From IMG/VR virus record IMGVR_UViG_3300037466_002336, positions 1 through 64,000 of that record: a stretch of 64,000 nt of DNA. One strand, 5' to 3'. A program made the translations under genes and the position numbers. Source of the stretch: a virus (Duplodnaviria; Caudoviricetes). Positions 28,939 to 38,815 of the stretch are shown piece by piece. Each line of letters begins with the position of its first letter. Positions within the stretch are counted from its first letter, which is position 1. The notes beneath the pieces were generated by a model, which made no database searches, had not been told where the DNA came from, and saw only the letters and a list, made by a program, of their open reading frames with translations.

Positions 28939-28994
28939 GACGTCCGCGTTGCAAAGTACACTGATCTTGCAGCACTAGAGGCGAGGTACGAGGC

Positions 28995-29177
28995 ATGGCA
29001 ACGACAAGCGCCGAGAGCGCGGCCTACGAGGTGCTCGTGGGTATCGACTATCGCTCCGCGAAGGGCGGTAAGCCGACACGTGCCGAGAAGGGCGACGTGC
29101 GCGACGACCTGCCCGAGAAGTCGATTCCGTGGCTTGTCAAGGACGGCCACATTCGGCCTGTCAAGGCGAAGGGGTAG
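28995..29177 (+). CDS. small virion-associated hypothetical protein
   Basis: Strong leader; KGDV..IPWLVKDGHI. Confidence 0.6.
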   Translation: MATTSAESAAYEVLVGIDYRSAKGGKPTRAEKGDVRDDLPEKSIPWLVKDGHIRPVKAKG

Positions 29178-29180
29178 ACC

Positions 29181-29918
29181 ATGGCCGCGACCGCAGGCAA
29201 GCTCGCCCGTGTCCTCGCAAGCGGGTTCGACCTCACCGGCTACTTGAACAAGGCGACGTCGCAGGGGTCGGTCGACAAGAGCGACGACACCCGGTTCGGC
29301 ATGAACTCGAAGCACTACCACGCCGACCTGTCCGACGGCACGTTCTCCGGTGAAGGGTTCTTCGAGTACGACGAGTCCGGTGACGGGACCGCGCCGGCGT
29401 CGCACGAGGAGCTGAAGGCGCTTCTTGGTAGCACCACCGACGTCACCTACATGCCGTACGGGGACGCGTTCGGGAACTGGTGCATCTGCCTCGGTGGTGT
29501 CGGCACCAGCTACGACGTCGAGTCGGCGCTCGGCGGCCTTGCCACCGTGAAGTTCGACGCGCAGAGCTCGAGCGGGCAGGAGCACTCGCGTGTGCTGCAC
29601 ACGCTATCCGCGGTCGTTGCAACCGGCAACGGCACCGACCTCGACAACGGGGCGGTGGCGGGCGCGACAGCGTTCGGTGGCGCCGCAACGGTGCACTGCT
29701 CCGACATCAACGCCGGGACCGGCACGGTGAAGGTGCAGCACTCGACCGACGGAGTCACATGGGTCGACCTGATCACCTTCGCAGCGTTCAACGCGAAGGG
29801 TTCGCAGCGCAAGACCGTCTCCGGGACGGTGTACCGGCACGTTCGCGCGCAGCACACGCTCGCCAACGGCGCCACCACGTTCACGTATCACCTCGCCTTC
29901 GCACGGTTCGCGGCGTAG
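29181..29918 (+). CDS. tail tube / major tail protein with C-terminal extra domain
   Basis: N-terminal half paralogous to 29958-30350; synteny. Confidence 0.7.
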   Translation: MAATAGKLARVLASGFDLTGYLNKATSQGSVDKSDDTRFGMNSKHYHADLSDGTFSGEGFFEYDESGDGTAPASHEELKALLGSTTDVTYMPYGDAFGNWCICLGGVGTSYDVESALGGLATVKFDAQSSSGQEHSRVLHTLSAVVATGNGTDLDNGAVAGATAFGGAATVHCSDINAGTGTVKVQHSTDGVTWVDLITFAAFNAKGSQRKTVSGTVYRHVRAQHTLANGATTFTYHLAFARFAA

Positions 29919-29957
29919 CAGGCGAGCACTAGAGGCACACAGCCAGAGGCACAAACG

Positions 29958-30350
29958 ATGAGCGCAGTCGCAGGCAAGGACGCGAAGGTGTCGCTTGGCG
30001 GCACGGACATCACCGTGTACGTCGACAAGGCCGGGTCGAACCAGACGGCCGACAAGAACGACGTCTCGACCTTCGGCGTCGGGTCGAAGAAGTACGCGCC
30101 GGGGCTGAAGGACGGCACCGGGTCGCTCGAGGGGCCGTTCGACGCGACGGTGCATGCGTCCATCGCGCCGATGCTCGGCACGCAGGTCGCGTACGTGTAC
30201 CAGCCCGCCGGTGCCGCGTCGGGGCTTCCCCGCGCGACCGTGCAGGTGATCGTCACCGGCTACGACGTCGAGAGCGACGTGTCCGGCAACGCGACGATCA
30301 AGGGCACGTTGCAGTACACCGGCGACCTGGTGTGGGACGTCAACCCGTAA
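29958..30350 (+). CDS. tail tube protein
   Basis: DVSTFG..KKYAPGLKDGTGSLEG..YDVES pattern. Confidence 0.75.
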   Translation: MSAVAGKDAKVSLGGTDITVYVDKAGSNQTADKNDVSTFGVGSKKYAPGLKDGTGSLEGPFDATVHASIAPMLGTQVAYVYQPAGAASGLPRATVQVIVTGYDVESDVSGNATIKGTLQYTGDLVWDVNP

Positions 30351-30424
30351 CGGGGTTGACGTCCCGTCACGGCTAGAGACACACACGAGGCAATGCCCGC
30401 AAGGGCAAGGGAGGTAGCACCCCG

Positions 30425-30820
30425 ATGATCGAACCGAACGAGCAGCAGAGCGACGCGGTGGAGGCGCCGCGCATCCTGTCCGTCGACGAGCTTCTCGGCG
30501 TCCATGACCGTCCTTCGAAGGTCGTGGAGATGCCCGAGTGGGGCGGTGCCGTGAAGGTGCAGGCGTTGTCGCTCGGCGCGTTCCAGGACGCGCAGGAGGC
30601 CGCGACCGTCGCCGGTGACGTCGACGAAATGAAGCTGGCGGTCGAGCTGATCGTCCGCGGCGTCGTCGACCCGCAGCTCAGCTCGGAGCACGCCGCCGAA
30701 CTGAGGGACAAGAGCATCGCCGCCGTCATGCGTCTCATGAACGAGATCGCAAATCTGTCCGGAGTGACGGAGGAGGCGCTCAAGCAGGCGGAGCGCCAGT
30801 TTCTTGCTGCGACCGGGTAG
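30425..30820 (+). CDS. tail assembly chaperone (G)
   Basis: VEMPEWGGAVKVQALS..GVVDPQL; position before TMP. Confidence 0.82.
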   Translation: MIEPNEQQSDAVEAPRILSVDELLGVHDRPSKVVEMPEWGGAVKVQALSLGAFQDAQEAATVAGDVDEMKLAVELIVRGVVDPQLSSEHAAELRDKSIAAVMRLMNEIANLSGVTEEALKQAERQFLAATG

Positions 30821-30968
30821 CCGGTTCGAGTTCGAGTTGTGCCGGGACTTGAAGTGGCCCGGAGGGTTGAAAGCCATGCGACGGGAGATGGACGCCGCCG
30901 AGTTCGTCAGGTGGTCGGCCCTGTATCGCGTCGAGGGCGAAGAACGTAAGCGCGCCGAGCGCGACTAG
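30798..30968 (+). CDS. tail chaperone extension (T) in the +1 frame
   Basis: RFEFELCRDL..MDAAEFVRWSALYRVE, typical GT extension. Confidence 0.7.
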   Translation, partial: SFLLRPGSRFEFELCRDLKWPGGLKAMRREMDAAEFVRWSALYRVEGEERKRAERD

Positions 30969-30986
30969 TAGCGCGAGGGACACGTC

Positions 30987-33900
30987 GTGGCCGAAGGGAT
31001 GGAGGCCGCATCGCTGTTCGTGACTGTGCGGGCGATCACCGCGCAGTTCGAAGAGGCGATGACGAGGGTGAACGGGCGGCTCGCTGGTGCGGCCGCAACG
31101 ATGAGCAGGACGGGCAAGGCGTTCACGGACGCCGGCGCCAAGATGACCCGTCACCTCACGCTCCCGATCTTGGGGGTGGCGGCTGCGAGCGCGAAGATGT
31201 CGCTCGACTTTCACCAGCAGATGCAGCTCATTCAGACCCAGGCGGGCGGGTCTGCGCGGGACGTCAAGGAGCTGTCGAAGCAGGTGCTTGGCCTCGCGAA
31301 GTCGACGACGCAGGGGCCGGTCGAGCTCGCGAAGGGCTTGTACCACTTCAAGTCGCTGCTCTACGACAACGCGGACGCGATGAAGCTGCTGAAGGTGTCG
31401 TCGCACGCGGCGACGATGGGCCTCGCGCCGCTGGAAGAGACGACCACCGGCCTCGGTGCTGTGCTGCGCACGTTCCATCTGAACGCGAAGCAGGGCGCGT
31501 CGACGATGGGCGCTCTCAACGCGATCGTCGGCGCCGGCAACATGCGCTTCGAGGACCTGGTGTCGGCGCTCGGCACGGGCGTGATGCCGTCCGCGAAGAT
31601 CGCCGGTCTGTCGTTGAAGGACGTCGGCGCTGCGATGGCGGTGATGACCGACGAGGGTCTGCATTCGAACCAGGCGATGACCCGGTTCAAGACGTCGCTG
31701 TCGATGCTGGCGGCGCCGTCGTCGCAGGCGTCGAAGTGGCTCGACAAGATCCATCTGTCGGGCGCGCAGCTCGGCATGGACATGCGGCAGGGGATCGTGC
31801 CGACGGTCGCCGACCTGAAGGCCCATCTCTCCACGCTCAACGGGTCAGGGGTCATCGCGAAGCTCAGCGACTCGTTCCACCGCGGGAAGCTGACGCTTGC
31901 GCAGTTCCAGAGCCAGGCGAAGCAGACCGAGCAGTTTCAGGTGTTGTCGAAGATCCTCGGTGGTGGTCGCACCGCGACGACGTTCGAGTTGCTCCTCAAC
32001 AACTTCGACCTGCTCAAGAACAAGATGAACCAGATCAACCGGACGACCGGCAACTTCGGCGCGAACGTCAAGGCGGCGATGGAGAACCCCGCCAACCAGG
32101 CGAAGGTTGCGATGTCGAACATCCAGGTCGCGATGATCGCGTTCGGGGACAACGTCGTGCCCCTGCTCATCCCGCTGCTCGACGACGTTGCGAAGCTCAC
32201 CGGTCTGTTCACGAAGCTCTCGTCGCCCATGCAGCACCTCGTCGTCGTGGCCGCGCTGCTGGTGGCGGGGATCGGCCCGTTGCTGACCGTGGTCGGCAAC
32301 GTCATCAAGATGGCCGGGTATCTCACGAAGGCGATCAAGGGGATCGGGGTCGCGCTCGAGTTCGCTGCGGCGAACCCGATCATCCTCATCATCGCGGCGC
32401 TCGTCGCGGTCGGCGTCGGGCTGTACGAGCTGTACGAGCACTGCGCGACCTTCCGCAACCTCGTCAACGAGGTGTTCTCGGCGGTCGCGTCCGCGACGTC
32501 GGCGGCGATGCGTGTTCTCCGCGAGGTCGTGTCGGCGGCCGTGACGTACGTGGAGGGGCTGTGGCAGCGGTGGGGCGGACAGTTCATGGCGACCGCGCAT
32601 TCGATCCAGGAGACGGCGACGGTGGCGTGGCACGCGATCGAGGCGGTGACCCGCGCGGTGTGGCCGGTGATCGAGGCGCTCATCAGAACCGCAGTCGACG
32701 CGGTGCGGGTGTACATCAGCGTCGGGTTCAAGACGGTCGAGAAGATCGCCAAGGACGTGTGGCCGGTCATCACGACGGTCGTGCGTGCCGCCTGGAACGT
32801 CATTAAGGCTGTGGTGTCCACCGACATCAAGGTCGTGCTCGACATCGTGAACACGGTGATGGCGCTGCTCCGAGGCGATTGGGGCAAGGCGTGGGCGTCG
32901 CTGAAGAAGCTGGTGTCCGACTACCTGCACGGCATCGCCAGCGTCGTCAAGGCGGTGCTGTTCGGCGCGATCGCGGTCGCGAAGGCGGCGGCGATCGGGA
33001 TCGGACGGGCGATCCTCGACGGCATCGTGACCGGTGTCGGCGGGCTCGCCGGCGCGCTCGCACGGAAGGTCAAGTCGGAGATCGGTGGTGCGTGGGGGGC
33101 GATCAAGGGGCACCTGGGCATCCACTCGCCGTCGAGCAAGGCGCGCGACGAGATCGGGAAGCCGATCGCTCAGGGGATCATCATTGGCGCCACGAAGCTC
33201 GACGAGCTGCCGGTCGCGATCACACGGCGGCTGCGTGCGGCGCTCGACGCGGCCAAAAACACGGTGACGTCGTACCGTGGCGAGCTATCGACGGCGTTCC
33301 GGAAGCTCGTCTCGGACGCCGACCAGGCGTTCAACGCGCAGACACAGACGATGATGAACAACCTGCGCGACCAGCTCAACTCGCAGCTCGGTCAGATCGA
33401 CTCGCAGCTCCGGTCGAAGCTGGCGTCGATTCAGGCGGCCGGTGCCGCGCTGACACCGGAGGAGCAGGCCGCGAACGGGTTGCAGGCGACGATCAAGCAG
33501 CAGCAGGACGCGAAGGCGCTCGCGGACGCACAGAGCCAGCTTGCGGACGCTCAGAAGTCCGGTGACGCCGGCCAGATCGCCGACGCGCAGTACAACCTTC
33601 AGCAAGTCCAGGAGCAGCAGCAGCTTGAGTCGTTGCAGGCGGCGGCTCAGCTTGAGCGCAAGGGGCGTAACGCGCAGACGAAGGAGCGGGAGGCCGCTGC
33701 GAAAGCGGAGGCGGCGAAGGCCAAGCAGCGTGCCCGTGAGAAGTACGAGCACCATCGCGCGAACCTTGAGGCGCTGCGGAAGCTCGAGAAGAAGTCGCTG
33801 GACGAGCGGCTCGCGAACTTGGAGAAGGCGCTCGCGAAGGACCCGTTGGTGTTCGCGAAGGCGCACAAGGCCGTCATGAAGCTGCTGAACAAGACCATCG

Positions 33901-34343
33901 GCCCGGACCTGTTCAAGTCGGGGACGAAGCTCGGCAACGAGTTCGCGGCGGGGATCAGGTCGGCGATGGGCGAGGTGGAGAGGGCGTCGGCGCAGATGGC
34001 GGCGGTCGTCGCGAAGTACCTGCGGTTGCACTCCCCGGCGAAGGCGGGGCCGCTGTCGACGCTCGACCACTGGTGGGATGCGTTCACACCGACCTTGTTG
34101 AAGGGGTTGAACGGCGACATGCTGCGCGGCGCGGTGACGGCGGCGGCGTTGCCGATGCCTGCGATCGCTGGTGCGGGCGGTGTGATCGCGCGCGGTGGCG
34201 GACGGTCGGGCACGCCGGTGTTCCGTGCGGAGCTGCATTCGCACACGTACCTTGACGGCCGCGAGATCGCGCACGGGGTGCGTGACGTGATCGTGCGTGA
34301 GGGCAAGTACAACGGCGGCGGCATGTTCGGCGGCCAGGCGTAG
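30987..34343 (+). CDS. tape measure protein
   Basis: 1118 aa helical; TP901-like core; Trp-periodic repeats; TM segments. Confidence 0.93.
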   Translation: MAEGMEAASLFVTVRAITAQFEEAMTRVNGRLAGAAATMSRTGKAFTDAGAKMTRHLTLPILGVAAASAKMSLDFHQQMQLIQTQAGGSARDVKELSKQVLGLAKSTTQGPVELAKGLYHFKSLLYDNADAMKLLKVSSHAATMGLAPLEETTTGLGAVLRTFHLNAKQGASTMGALNAIVGAGNMRFEDLVSALGTGVMPSAKIAGLSLKDVGAAMAVMTDEGLHSNQAMTRFKTSLSMLAAPSSQASKWLDKIHLSGAQLGMDMRQGIVPTVADLKAHLSTLNGSGVIAKLSDSFHRGKLTLAQFQSQAKQTEQFQVLSKILGGGRTATTFELLLNNFDLLKNKMNQINRTTGNFGANVKAAMENPANQAKVAMSNIQVAMIAFGDNVVPLLIPLLDDVAKLTGLFTKLSSPMQHLVVVAALLVAGIGPLLTVVGNVIKMAGYLTKAIKGIGVALEFAAANPIILIIAALVAVGVGLYELYEHCATFRNLVNEVFSAVASATSAAMRVLREVVSAAVTYVEGLWQRWGGQFMATAHSIQETATVAWHAIEAVTRAVWPVIEALIRTAVDAVRVYISVGFKTVEKIAKDVWPVITTVVRAAWNVIKAVVSTDIKVVLDIVNTVMALLRGDWGKAWASLKKLVSDYLHGIASVVKAVLFGAIAVAKAAAIGIGRAILDGIVTGVGGLAGALARKVKSEIGGAWGAIKGHLGIHSPSSKARDEIGKPIAQGIIIGATKLDELPVAITRRLRAALDAAKNTVTSYRGELSTAFRKLVSDADQAFNAQTQTMMNNLRDQLNSQLGQIDSQLRSKLASIQAAGAALTPEEQAANGLQATIKQQQDAKALADAQSQLADAQKSGDAGQIADAQYNLQQVQEQQQLESLQAAAQLERKGRNAQTKEREAAAKAEAAKAKQRAREKYEHHRANLEALRKLEKKSLDERLANLEKALAKDPLVFAKAHKAVMKLLNKTIGPDLFKSGTKLGNEFAAGIRSAMGEVERASAQMAAVVAKYLRLHSPAKAGPLSTLDHWWDAFTPTLLKGLNGDMLRGAVTAAALPMPAIAGAGGVIARGGGRSGTPVFRAELHSHTYLDGREIAHGVRDVIVREGKYNGGGMFGGQA

Positions 34344-34347
34344 CCCG

Positions 34348-37065
34348 ATGGACGCCGACGGGTTCGTGACGGTTGGCCCGGACGGGTACTTCCCGGACAT
34401 TCGTGTGCGCGTCGGGTTCGACTCGAAGCCTCGCGACTACCCGCAGGTGTTGACGACGATCAGCGACTACGTTCGAAGCGTCACGACTGGACCGCGTGGA
34501 CGGCGGCCGCTGGTCGACCGTACGGAGGCCGCGCGGCTCGCGGTGGTCCTCGACAACCTCGAGCGCCGGTTCGATCAGACGTTCGAAGGTGTCCTCGCCA
34601 ACTACTCGACGAACCCGTCGTTTGAGGCCGACTACGAGCTCGAGGTGCGCAACAGCGTGCCGCTCGGTTACTACCGGCTGCACGCCGACGGCACAGACTC
34701 CTCCGGGAACGGCCTGACGATGGCAAAGACCGGCACCGTGACGTACGGAGGCGCCGGCGCGCTCGGAGCCGGACAAGACGACCTGTCCGCGTTGTTCGAC
34801 GGTGCGACCGGCTACCTCAGTTCCGCCGACGCAGCGTTTGACGTGATGGCCGACGCGTGGACGGTGGAGGCATGGGTCTACCCGAACGCCGCCCGCGACA
34901 CGAACGCGTGCGCGATCGCCACGAAAGAGTACGGAGCTGCGGGCAGCAACCTGCCGTTCATTCTCTGCTACGGCAACCCGAGCAGCATCGACAGCACGCT
35001 CCCCAACGTTGACTCGTGCGTATTCGCCGGAATCTACGAGTACGCCGGGGTCGGCTGGCAGGCAGTCACCGACGGGGTGGCGTTGCCGCTCAACACGTGG
35101 ACGCACATCGCCGCGACTTTCGACGGGGTGAAGCTACGGCTGTATCGGAACGGCGTGAAGGTCGCCGAACGCTCTGCAAAGCCCGTGTCGGTTCCGGTGG
35201 GCATGCACACGTACCTCGGTCGTCGTTGGGACCTGGCGGGCACCACCCCGTACTTCCCCGGTCGTCTCGACGAGGTGGCGTTGTACGACCGCGCGCTCAC
35301 AGGCTACGAGGTGCTGCGGCACTACAACATGAGCGCGTCGCCGTTGTTCGCGTTCAACGGGTTCGGTGGGGCTGGAGTCACCGGCTACTCGCATTCGTGG
35401 GTGACAACCGACAGTCGGGACGGACACGCGTGCGTTCAGCAGACCGCGGTCGGTGGGGCGACGAACAGCTATACGGCGGCGATCGGCGCGAACTTCTCAG
35501 GCGGAGCCGCGCAGATGGCGCCGGTCGTTGCGGGAGAGACAGCGTACGTGCGCGCGTCCGGCAAGGTGGTTCAGAACTGCCAGCAGATCATCCTCATGGT
35601 GTACTGGTGGAAGGCGGACGGTACTGCGCTCGCCGCGTCGACGGTGCAGACCATCACCAACCCGGCCGTCGACGAGTGGTACGACCTCGCCGGGTCTGCG
35701 GTCGCCCCTGCCGGCGCCGCATGGTTCGCAGCGCGCATCCAGTTCAACAACATACCGAACGGCGCAACGTTCATCGGTCGCGTCGACGGGTACTACCAAG
35801 GACTCGTCGACTACGGCTCCTACATCGACGGCGACTCCGACAACTGCCGGTGGGCGGGTTCGCCCTCTCTCTCACAGACCTACTACGGCGGCCCGTACTT
35901 CGGCAACCTGAAGCCGAACAAGCGCATCTACGTCGACGCGCGATGGAACGGCGTCATCTACCCGGTGCTCGAGGTGCTCGCGGACGAGTGGCCGCAGGGG
36001 TGGCCGTCGAACGGCCGAGACGCGATCGTGACCCTCAACGGCACCGACAAGTTCAAGACGTTGGGTCGGTTCAACCTGCCCGCGTTGTTCTCAAGGTCGG
36101 TTGAATTGCCCGGCGCGCGCATCGGGGCGGTGTTGGACGAGGCCGGGCAGCCGTCACAGGAGCGCCGCCTCGACGTCGGCAACTCCGAGCTTGCCGCGGA
36201 GAACCCGCCGTCGGAGGTCGCATGCACGTTGACGTCCGGGTCGCCGTCGGTGACGACCGCGGATACGTCGAAGCTGCAAGCAGGGCAGGCGGTCACAGGC
36301 ACCGGGGTTCCCGACGGCGCGGTGATCCTGACCGTCGACAGCGACACCACGTTCACGTTGTCGGAGAACGCAACCGTTTCGGGGGCGGAGACGTTGTCGG
36401 TGTACAACGTCGACTCGGTCGGTGCGGGGCTCGACTACGCGCAGAAGGCGTCCGACTCGGAGCGCGGGCTGTTGTTCGTCGGCGCCGACGGCTATTGGGT
36501 TTTTCAGAACCGTCACTACCGGCTGAACACCAACGCGAAGTGGGCGTTCGGGGACAGCGCTACCAACGGTGAGCTGCCGTACATCGACGTCACCCCGTCG
36601 TACACGGAGCAGGACATCGCGAACGACGTCCATGTGCAGCTCCCGAACCAGGCCGAAACCGTGTCGGTTGACAGCACCAGCCAGGACGACAACGGCATCA
36701 TCTCGTTGACCATCAACACGCTGCTGTCGGATCGGAACGAGGCGCAGTCGATCGCCGACTACGAGCTCGGGCAGCGGAAGGACGCCAGGACGCGTATCGA
36801 CTCGATGGTGCTGGACGGGTCGTCGGCGCCGGCGGACCTGTGGCCGGTGATCCTGTCGCTGGAGATCAGCGACCACATCCTTGTGGTGCGCCGTCCGCCC
36901 GGTGGCGGTGACGCGCAGGCGTACGAATGCAACGTGGAGAACATCAGCCACTCGATCCAGCCGGGCAGGTGGCAGACGACGGTGCAGCTTTCCCCGGCGG
37001 ACACGTCGGTGTATTGGGTTTTGGGGACGTCGGTGCTCGGAACAGACACGAGGCTGTCCGTCTAG
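34348..37065 (+). CDS. minor tail protein with LamG and carbohydrate-binding-like inserts
   Basis: WTVEAWVYP, WTHIAATFDG, GRLDEVALYDRAL; tail-hub-like C-terminus. Confidence 0.82.
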   Translation: MDADGFVTVGPDGYFPDIRVRVGFDSKPRDYPQVLTTISDYVRSVTTGPRGRRPLVDRTEAARLAVVLDNLERRFDQTFEGVLANYSTNPSFEADYELEVRNSVPLGYYRLHADGTDSSGNGLTMAKTGTVTYGGAGALGAGQDDLSALFDGATGYLSSADAAFDVMADAWTVEAWVYPNAARDTNACAIATKEYGAAGSNLPFILCYGNPSSIDSTLPNVDSCVFAGIYEYAGVGWQAVTDGVALPLNTWTHIAATFDGVKLRLYRNGVKVAERSAKPVSVPVGMHTYLGRRWDLAGTTPYFPGRLDEVALYDRALTGYEVLRHYNMSASPLFAFNGFGGAGVTGYSHSWVTTDSRDGHACVQQTAVGGATNSYTAAIGANFSGGAAQMAPVVAGETAYVRASGKVVQNCQQIILMVYWWKADGTALAASTVQTITNPAVDEWYDLAGSAVAPAGAAWFAARIQFNNIPNGATFIGRVDGYYQGLVDYGSYIDGDSDNCRWAGSPSLSQTYYGGPYFGNLKPNKRIYVDARWNGVIYPVLEVLADEWPQGWPSNGRDAIVTLNGTDKFKTLGRFNLPALFSRSVELPGARIGAVLDEAGQPSQERRLDVGNSELAAENPPSEVACTLTSGSPSVTTADTSKLQAGQAVTGTGVPDGAVILTVDSDTTFTLSENATVSGAETLSVYNVDSVGAGLDYAQKASDSERGLLFVGADGYWVFQNRHYRLNTNAKWAFGDSATNGELPYIDVTPSYTEQDIANDVHVQLPNQAETVSVDSTSQDDNGIISLTINTLLSDRNEAQSIADYELGQRKDARTRIDSMVLDGSSAPADLWPVILSLEISDHILVVRRPPGGGDAQAYECNVENISHSIQPGRWQTTVQLSPADTSVYWVLGTSVLGTDTRLSV

Positions 37066-37140
37066 GCAGCTACGGTACGTGAAGAAGCGAGGCGCCCGAG
37101 GCAACCCGTTACGGCGGGAGGGCGCGGAGGCAGTGGAGAA

Positions 37141-37572
37141 GTGATCCGCGATCAGCGGCACATGCAAGGTGCAAGGCAGCACGCGTCCGTCGACGACGTG
37201 CGCGCTTACTGGTACCGGTTCGCGCTCGAGGAGGGCTTCGTCGACGCCAATACCGGGCTGCGGAAGCCGGGGAACGTGGTGGTGGACGAGCGCACAGTCC
37301 TCGCGTACATCTCGAGCTCACGGTGGGTCGCTGACTGCCCGAACTGCAACGCCGGCATGGCTGCGTGGCCGGGAGCGCACGAGCACGCGTGCTGTCTCGA
37401 CTGCGGTCATGTGTTCACCGTGGAGACGCCGGAGGACGCCGCCGAAGCGGTCGCGGTGTTGACCGCACGACCTGAGCCTTCCACCCGCAACTGGCATCCG
37501 CAACGCGGCGAGACGGTCACGGACTTGAAGGTCGAGAACATCACGCGGGCGTTGCCGCTCGCGGCGAGGTAA
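37141..37572 (+). CDS. CxxC-containing tail-region protein
   Basis: WVADCPNC, CLDCGH, RNWHP..GETVTDLKVEN. Confidence 0.65.
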   Translation: MIRDQRHMQGARQHASVDDVRAYWYRFALEEGFVDANTGLRKPGNVVVDERTVLAYISSSRWVADCPNCNAGMAAWPGAHEHACCLDCGHVFTVETPEDAAEAVAVLTARPEPSTRNWHPQRGETVTDLKVENITRALPLAAR

Positions 37573-37576
37573 CGGG

Positions 37577-38185
37577 ATGGCTTGGTCGACTCCAAGGACA
37601 TGGGTGACCGGAGAGGTTGTCACCTCGACGATCATGAACACGGACGTCCGCGACAACTTCAACGCGGTCGCCGACGTCGGCGACTACAAGTTCAAGGCGG
37701 CGCTGTCGGCTGGCGCGGGAGTCGAGAATGTGATCGACGGCGGCTGGCTGGAATGCAACGGCCCGCTGCTGTCGCGCACGACGTACTCGGTGCTGTTCGC
37801 GTACCTCAACGGGTTGGGGTTGCCGTTCGGTGCGGGTGACGGCTCGACGACGTTCGGTGGGCCGGACTTCCGCGGTCGCGCGTTCTGGCACATCGGTTCG
37901 CACGCCGACGTGAACGCGCTTGGCCTCAACGACGGCGGTGCCGACGCGTCACGGTCGGCGATCCACGATCACACCGTCATCGACCCCGGCCACTCCCACA
38001 CCTTCGACGGCTGGACGGTTCACACCGTCGGGACCGCGCAGGGGTACGGCGGCGGCGGCGGCGACGGCGTACCCGACGCGACAGGCACACGCACCGCCAC
38101 AACCGGCATCACGGTCGGTGCGTCGGGGCGGTTGCGCGACCGGGTCGGCTTCGAAGTCGGCGGAATCATCTGCATCAAGTTCTAG
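37577..38185 (+). CDS. tail fibre protein with collar domain
   Basis: GWLECNG..SRTTYSVLFA..FGAGDGSTTFGGPDFRGR. Confidence 0.85.
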   Translation: MAWSTPRTWVTGEVVTSTIMNTDVRDNFNAVADVGDYKFKAALSAGAGVENVIDGGWLECNGPLLSRTTYSVLFAYLNGLGLPFGAGDGSTTFGGPDFRGRAFWHIGSHADVNALGLNDGGADASRSAIHDHTVIDPGHSHTFDGWTVHTVGTAQGYGGGGGDGVPDATGTRTATTGITVGASGRLRDRVGFEVGGIICIKF

Positions 38186-38202
38186 GCGCGGAGGGGTCAC
38201 AC

Positions 38203-38436
38203 ATGCCTGTAACGACGACGTACAACTGCGACGGGCCGAACTGTCCGAACGGCCATGACGTGTCCGACGCGAAGATCGAGGCGACGCCGACGCTGTTCCG
38301 CATCGTCGGCGGGACGCTGTGGCACTGGAACGAAACGCTTGGTGCGGTGGCGATGGCTCAGCTCCCGGACCCGCTGTGCTTCTGCTCGTCAGGTTGTGTG
38401 CACGACTACCTCGTCGCTCAGGGGTTGGAGACGTGA
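38203..38436 (+). CDS. small zinc-binding protein
   Basis: CDGPNC...FCSSGC. Confidence 0.6.
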   Translation: MPVTTTYNCDGPNCPNGHDVSDAKIEATPTLFRIVGGTLWHWNETLGAVAMAQLPDPLCFCSSGCVHDYLVAQGLET

Positions 38437-38768
38437 TGAGCGACGACACCCGCGACATCGCGATCAGAGGGAAGTCGTCCGCGGACGCCGCGCACCACCG
38501 GCTCGACAAGATCAACGGGCAGATCAAGAAGCTCGGTGACAGCCATGAGGCTATGCGCCACGACTTCAACGAGGCGTTGAACGACCCGGACCACGGGCTT
38601 GTGCCGCGCGTCGTTGACCTGACCGCGACGGTGCGCACCACTTTGAAGGTCGCCGGCGCGATCGCAGCGGCGGCAATCGCGATCACCACCGGGGTGACGG
38701 TGTACGTGCTGACGCACGACCTGCACCAGACCCGGCCGCCGCAGCTCGTCCAGACGGCACGGCAGTAA
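38436..38768 (+). CDS. coiled-coil single-TM protein (lysis-associated)
   Basis: C-terminal TM; directly before endolysin. Confidence 0.6.
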   Translation: MSDDTRDIAIRGKSSADAAHHRLDKINGQIKKLGDSHEAMRHDFNEALNDPDHGLVPRVVDLTATVRTTLKVAGAIAAAAIAITTGVTVYVLTHDLHQTRPPQLVQTARQ

Positions 38769-38815
38769 GCACCACCAGCACGACCACGCACTAGAGGCAA
38801 ACGGGAGGTAGCACC

